Source: a virus (lineage: Duplodnaviria > Caudoviricetes). From it: DNA of 64,000 nt. How positions within the stretch are numbered: the stretch's first letter is position 1; each line of letters starts with the position of its first letter. Of this stretch, positions 58,276-64,000 are shown piece by piece. The position numbers and the translations under genes were made by a program. The stretch covers positions 128,001 to 192,000 of IMG/VR virus record IMGVR_UViG_3300028886_000036. One strand, given 5' to 3'. Under the pieces are notes generated by a model. That model worked only from the letters and a program-made list of their open reading frames with translations. It was not told the DNA's origin and made no database searches.

Positions 58276-61200
58276 AAGAGTTCTCCTTTTTGATCAATTT
58301 CATACCAATCTCTTAAAGCAAACTCTGCTTTACGTTCTTTAGAATAGGACTTCTCTGGAGTGAGGAATCCTACAATTCTCTGCCAAGTAGTAGCAACTGG
58401 CTCGCCACAGATTGGGCAGGTTTTACCAAAGAACGAATGATTATTTTTGCAAGTGCTAATTCTAACACAGAAAGCAAAGTAATTAACTCCTTGATCAGCA
58501 ATATAATTAAGAAGATTCCATGCTGTATCAAAATTAGTTAAAGGAGCATCCAAATTTACATGTGCTATAGAACCGCCTGAACATGCTCTATCAAGTTCTG
58601 CACTAATTCTAATCTTTTCATTAAGTGTAGTTTTTACTCCCAAAGGAATCCACTGATTCCCATACAACGGAAGCTCATAAGCTTCTTCTGGGAAGAACAT
58701 CTGATCTTTCTGCATAAGAACAGCAGCAGCTCTTTCTCCAGGGATCTGCTCTATATTAATCATATAATCTTTATCTTTAGCAAACTCTTCTTTAGTATCG
58801 GTAAGGCATTTAAGAAGATCTTTAGCAAACTGAAGTCCTTCATCAGTATAGAAGGTATTACCAAACTCATCCTGATAAGTAAACCCAAATTTTTGGACAG
58901 CTTCATAGATTCCAATAATACCGATTGTATTATACTGAGATTCCATATGAAGCGCACCACAAGTATAGTTTGGAAGTAATCCTTTTTCGATGTTTCTTTT
59001 AATAATGTGCCTAATCACATCAAGGGTTTCACAGCAAAGGATTGTCCTTTCTTTAAGTGATTTAAAGTACTCTTCTTTAGTAGAAGACTCATAGGCAATT
59101 CTTGCAAGATTGATAGTGTTAACTTTGATAGAACCAACTTCTAGAGCAGTTCCTCCGATTGAGTTAAAATACCCAATTTTTTCTACATTAGATACCAATC
59201 TACAATTATGGGTTATAACTCCATTAGGAAGAGTAAAGTATGGTTCATCTTCATTTTCCATTTCAAAGCAGTATACAAAGTCATCATCATAATCAATTTT
59301 TTCAATAGACTTAATCTTAAAGTAAATCGAATTGTTCTTCCAAACATATACATTCTTCTGTTTTCTTCTAATTGTTTCATACCATCTAATACAATAAACT
59401 GGGTAATTTCTGTTAAACTCTTCTTCTCTGATAACAACCATACCATCGCCAGTTCTATCAGAAACATCAATAATAGTATTCATACCAAGTGATGTAAAAA
59501 GAGCTTCCATTTCATAAATAAGCTTTTTCGAAGTTGAATAGATTCTATTAGAGTTACCACCATCAGTAGCGTAATACCCATCAACAATACCTTTTCTAAA
59601 CTCAATTGATTCAAACAAACAATCAAGATTAAGTTCCTTTTCATTGCAATAGTTACCAGATACATATTCTCTAATAAATTTAGCAACTTCATCATTTCTA
59701 ATTACTACAGGATATACATTGTTATAGATCTTGTTTAATGACATAATACTAACTACATCTTCTGGAAGATTATTAAGAGCTAAATTATACTTTTCTTCAT
59801 TAAGGCTTAAATTAACTGTAGTAGTATATGTATCCTTATGTTCATTATCCATAGATCCATCACCAAGATACATACCAATAAGGTATCCATCTTTATATGT
59901 ATAACCTTTATTTTGTTGCTGACCATTAAGTGCTTTAGTATTGAATTCAATATAATCTTCAGTGGTAAGTTTATCAGTACTAATATCTCCTCTAAGAGTT
60001 GGTGTAAGATGGTTATCTGTCATATATAATTCTTTATTGTTAGTAGTAACAACCTTATACATCTCTCTAGCAGGAAGTTTAATTAATTTACCATTTACCC
60101 AGTTACCATTATGGAATACTGTAAAGTTTCTTTTAGTTTCATTATATGGAGATTCAAATAATTCTTTAAAGGTCATGTAATTAACTCCATCGGAAGATTT
60201 ACTTAAACAATACTGATCTCCACTAAAACAACAATTACTTAAACTAGTAACATCTTCTGAAATATAAAAGTTACTATCATTCCATTTCATATTGTGTTTG
60301 CAGCACCATCTAGCAAAATCCTCATCTGCAAACTTACCACCAATTCGAAGAAGTGCATAAGTAAGTACTGGGAAAGTCATCATATTTCTGTCCCTAATTT
60401 TACTTACCATTCTCATAAAACTCTTCTGATACTCCATAAACTCATCTTCATAATCAATCATATAGCTTCCATCTGGAAACTGCTTATCTCCAAACAAAGC
60501 TTCAAAGTATTCACTATCAAAAATAGTAATATTTGTAACCAATATGTTCACATTAAGACGCTACTCTTAATGTCTGCCTATTTAGACAGCTCTATGTCAC
60601 CATAGAGTGCGGACTATATCACGATCTTTATTACTAAAGACCCCATGCACTTCCACTACCAATCGCTTGTAGTGTACTCCCCAAAGGGATAGTCTCTGAA
60701 CCTTGTTTACATGTGTAAACCTTGGCTGCTAATTATCTCTATTAGAGATTTTTCAGCAATTCACATGGTTTGCTTTAACTATCACTAGTTAAAGGCGCAA
60801 ACAGTTTACGCAGACTGATTAACTCTCAGGAACGGCTGATTAAGCCTAAAAATTATTTCTTGGTGAGCTTGATCTCTGTAATATTCAGGACTCTTAATAT
60901 AATATCCATTCTCACAATCTTTCTTCCAAAAATAGAACGAATATATTAAGAAATTTGGCAAACCGCAAGCTCCTGAAGATCTGTTTGACATGAAACTAAC
61001 AAACTCACCAACAAAGTCTGTAAATGTACTTAAATGCTTTGGAGGTTGAGCATTAAAGTTATTTTGTATAAAGTAAAGACCTTTCTCAGCTAAGTCTTTT
61101 AAATCATAAGCAAAACAGTACGGTAAGAAACTTGTACTGTAAGCATCATGGTTATAGAAGTGTCCATCCCATTCATTCTTTAACCAATCTTTAGCGACTT

Positions 61201-61510
61201 CTAATCCATACTTCTTTTTAAGTTCATAGAAGATCTTGTTAAAAGATTCCAGCTTCAATTCTGGCTTTCGCATCTCTGTCATAAGAGAGCAAATATCTTT
61301 AGTACTAGCATTTGCATTACCATCAATTGACGCATCAGCCGTAGTACTATTCTTATCAATAAAGTTATCAATAAACTCTGTGTTGTTTAACTGACTATTG
61401 CTTAATCCATTCAATATAGTAAGTTTATTACCATATTCTTTCTTAAGCGCTTTCAAGCATTCAACAAAATCTTCATCAAGCTTAATTGAAATATCTAAGT
61501 ATCCAGCCAT
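58272..61510 (-). CDS. nrdD: Class III ribonucleotide reductase; exon 1 61510-60808, exon 2 60538-58272, contains an intein
   Basis: Spliced NQSA-F-TNITIFD; SNC-CRL active site; TINLARIA; IPGE; CxxxH..CPICG; RIVGFL glycyl-radical motif. Confidence 0.92.
59205..60230 (-). mobile_element. Intein (342 aa) with LAGLIDADG homing endonuclease in nrdD
   Basis: C1 CFSGDQ, block B TDNH, YLIGMYLGDGS and IVDGYYATDG, terminal THN followed by C+1. Confidence 0.92.
60539..60807 (-). ncRNA. Group I self-splicing intron (269 nt, no ORF) in nrdD
   Basis: P1 GCGU/GCGC with U.G at the 5' site; P GAATTGCTG, Q TAGCAGCCAAG, R GGTTCAGAGACTA, S GATATAGTCC; terminal G; splicing restores the frame. Confidence 0.9.
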
Positions 61511-61518
61511 ATAATATA

Positions 61519-61728
61519 CTACTCCTCTTCTCCATAATGATTAACATATTTAACAGCTTTGCCATAAGTCAAGATAGTACCATCATCCAATTCTAAAACC
61601 GGCACTGATCTAAAACCTTTAGCTTTCATAACTTCTTTGTCTTCACAGACATTATACTCAATATTCTTATCATTAAGTTTTGATTCAAGAATTTTACATT
61701 TGGAACAACCTGTAGTATAAAGTAGCAT
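61519..61728 (-). CDS. nrdH: Glutaredoxin-like NrdH
   Basis: YTTGCSKC, SVPVL; upstream of nrdD. Confidence 0.8.
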   Translation of the reverse strand: MLLYTTGCSKCKILESKLNDKNIEYNVCEDKEVMKAKGFRSVPVLELDDGTILTYGKAVKYVNHYGEEE

Positions 61729-61758
61729 AAATATAACTTCCTCCTATCTATATAAATA

Positions 61759-61808
61759 AAACCCTTGTTAGTACTAAAAATTATAGCACTAACAGGGGTT
61801 AATGTCAA
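61759..61808 (-). promoter_or_regulatory. sigmaA promoter for the nrd operon overlapped by a terminator hairpin
   Basis: TTGACA-17-TATAAT (61808-61780) within the aacccctgttagt...actaacaagggtt stem. Confidence 0.6.
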
Positions 61809-61812
61809 TATT

Positions 61813-62400
61813 TTACTTGATTGGGAAATCTCTCAAAAACTTCTCAACCATAGGGTCTCTCTTAATTTTATTTTCTGCAACTTCTAGTTCTTCATCGCCT
61901 TCTTTCTTTATATAAATAGGTACTTCATCAATTGCTTTATTGAATTCTTCCATCTGATCTGTAAAGGCTTTAGAGATATTGCCTCTAGCAAGTCTAGTAA
62001 GTGATGGCCCATACTTATTAGCAGCTTTTGAATAAAAAATTGGCTCACCAAAAGTTCTTGAATCTACTGAAATAGTAACAGATCTACCATACTTATCTTC
62101 ATCCATTCTATTTCTCCATCTCTTTATATAAGCAAGTAAATGAAGAATCACATCATAATCTTTAATGTTTGGTGTAATAAAGATACACTTCTTACTATTA
62201 AGCTTATCAATAAGATCCTTCTCAGCAGTAGGAATCTTAAATTTAGTATCAAATGTTTTAGAATGAAGATATGTTTTAATCTTGAATCTAGGATCACACT
62301 CTTGTCCAATATCATCGATAAGATCTCGTTCAAGACCAATTGCTTCTTCATAAGTCTTGTTATTAAGTGTAATTGAAATAATAACACTGAATTCAAACAT
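61813..62400 (-). CDS. Hypothetical protein
   Basis: Coupled ORF. Confidence 0.55.
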   Translation of the reverse strand: MFEFSVIISITLNNKTYEEAIGLERDLIDDIGQECDPRFKIKTYLHSKTFDTKFKIPTAEKDLIDKLNSKKCIFITPNIKDYDVILHLLAYIKRWRNRMDEDKYGRSVTISVDSRTFGEPIFYSKAANKYGPSLTRLARGNISKAFTDQMEEFNKAIDEVPIYIKKEGDEELEVAENKIKRDPMVEKFLRDFPIK

Positions 62401-62705
62401 TAGTTATCTAACTCACTTTCATTAATAATTTTTTTGTCGTATAGGCTAGCTACATAATATTCTACCTGACATCCTTTTGAGTTGCTTATATCATTTACAA
62501 ACACTATAATATCTGCATCGGCCATTAAGCTAATAGTAATACCAAGATACTTAATATCATTAGTATCATTACCACCGAGCATAACTGAATTAATGATAGT
62601 TGCATCAGGATATTTAGACTTAACTTTAGTAGTGACATTTTTTCTAGTAGCCATAATTTCTGCAGTTGACTTACCTGTAATGGGCTGACTAATAAATACT
62701 TTCAT
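62400..62705 (-). CDS. DUF4406 / nucleoside 2'-deoxyribosyltransferase-like protein
   Basis: KVFISQPITG...ADIIVF...SKGCQVEY. Confidence 0.75.
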   Translation of the reverse strand: MKVFISQPITGKSTAEIMATRKNVTTKVKSKYPDATIINSVMLGGNDTNDIKYLGITISLMADADIIVFVNDISNSKGCQVEYYVASLYDKKIINESELDN

Positions 62706-62723
62706 TAGTATCAGATCCTTTCT

Positions 62724-63935
62724 TTAACCAAGATTCTCTAGATCAAGATCTCCATTGGAGCTGGTTCCAATATTATCAAGCTTGCTAAGCAAATCAAGTT
62801 CTTTATCAGAAAGATCTGATTCTTCTTTAGCAGATTTCTTAATCTGAAGATTTTTGTCCCAAGGATTGTTAGTCTGAATCTCTGCTCTTTTCTGAGCATA
62901 CAATTCTTCAAACTTCTGTCTAAAGGTTTCGTCAGTATCGTAAAGGTTCTTAATGTCTCTACGAGCAAACTTAAACTCTTTATAATTCTCTAGTGAGGTC
63001 TTAGAACCAGAAGTAAAACCTTTAGATTCTCTAATAAGATGTTCCTTGGTCCAAAAGTCTGAAAGTCCAGTAGCATAATCCAACACTACCTGAATAGGAA
63101 CTTTAGGAGCAAAGTTCTTGTTTTTAACAAACTTAATCTCAGTCTTAAATCCTCTAATACCCATCATATCATAATCAACATCTCCTCTATTTCTAGAGGT
63201 GCAAAGATTAAATGGGTAATACTGCATTACAGATCCACCAGTAGCTTTTTGGTCTGAGCCATAATTAAGTTCATTAGCTTGAGGAGCATATGGATTAGCA
63301 ACAATCTTAGATCTAAGTTGCTGAATAACTACCAATGTAACATTTGCTTCAGCAATAATCGGAATTAACTGATTCATAATAAAACCGAGTGTTCTAGAAT
63401 GCTCTCCCATTACTTTAGCCATTTCTTCAGCTTCAAGGCTCTTCTTGGTTGGAGTAACTGATTCAGAATCCCAAATTACAATATATGGAACATCGAGAAG
63501 CTTATTCTTAATCTTATAAGAAATAATACCCTTAATAATTGATGCAATATCTTCCATAGTGATAGTTTTAGAAATAAGTTTTGTACGCTTTGGATCGCAC
63601 CCAAGATCTACTAGTCTCTGCATATTAATAGCCTGTTCAACATCAATATAAATTCCTAGAGCTCTAGGATCATACTTTTGAAAACCAACTACATATTGAA
63701 CTGCGGCTGTAGATTTTCCACTACCAGCTCCACCAGTCATAGCTACAAGTTTACCAAGTGGAACTCCTCCACCCATAACAGTATCAAGAAGATCAATACC
63801 AGTAGGAATTACTTTAACATCGCTATCAGCATCTTGAATATTCAATCCCTTAATAGAATTGAGTTCATCATCAAGACCTGCAAGCAGATCATTAGCAACA
63901 CTTTCAACTATCTCATCATTCTTCTTACGAGCCAT
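62724..63935 (-). CDS. RecA/UvsX-like recombinase
   Basis: IPTGIDLLD..GGGVPLG, GGAGSGKST, YIDVEQA, WDS, QQLR, TGG, KNK..P. Confidence 0.9.
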   Translation of the reverse strand: MARKKNDEIVESVANDLLAGLDDELNSIKGLNIQDADSDVKVIPTGIDLLDTVMGGGVPLGKLVAMTGGAGSGKSTAAVQYVVGFQKYDPRALGIYIDVEQAINMQRLVDLGCDPKRTKLISKTITMEDIASIIKGIISYKIKNKLLDVPYIVIWDSESVTPTKKSLEAEEMAKVMGEHSRTLGFIMNQLIPIIAEANVTLVVIQQLRSKIVANPYAPQANELNYGSDQKATGGSVMQYYPFNLCTSRNRGDVDYDMMGIRGFKTEIKFVKNKNFAPKVPIQVVLDYATGLSDFWTKEHLIRESKGFTSGSKTSLENYKEFKFARRDIKNLYDTDETFRQKFEELYAQKRAEIQTNNPWDKNLQIKKSAKEESDLSDKELDLLSKLDNIGTSSNGDLDLENLG

Positions 63936-64000
63936 TTCAAACCAACCCTTTCTTTTATAATATTAATCAGCAGCGGATTCTTTTGTTCTCTCCATAGCTT

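Noticed and set aside
58272-60551. Independent 759-aa gene starting at 60551
   Set aside because: The start lies within the intron 3' end; this is exon 2 of nrdD
1-64000. tRNA/rRNA genes, chimallin, PhuZ, RNAP alpha
   Set aside because: No recognisable signatures seen; absence from this window says nothing about the rest of the genome

Overview
AT-rich segment of a jumbo phage genome. The host is probably an anaerobic Firmicute, judging by strong GGAGG Shine-Dalgarno sites, consensus sigmaA promoters and a class III RNR. Most genes are on the minus strand, with a few virion-type genes on the plus strand at the left end. The window encodes two complete multisubunit RNA polymerases, each as an unsplit beta' gene followed by an unsplit beta gene (25477-28296 + 22092-25055; 45124-48063 + 40576-45105), plus a candidate gp68/gp226-like promoter-specificity subunit. 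DNA metabolism genes include both type II topoisomerase subunits, SbcCD, RecA/UvsX, dUTPase, dTMP kinase, an RNA ligase, a DHH phosphoesterase, two Whirly-like proteins and nrdH-nrdD-nrdG. nrdD is interrupted by both a 269-nt group I intron and a 342-aa LAGLIDADG intein. There is also a MoxR AAA+/VWA module, a methylase + DUF262-HNH cassette, and tail-fibre/BspA-LRR genes. Unexplained structure includes a family of about 12 small paralogous Cys4-module proteins in tandem arrays, a conserved phage promoter motif (TTTGTAAATATATACTA) sitting just downstream of terminators, and a phased AATTACAATA repeat array. All assignments come from motif recognition by eye; no searches were run.
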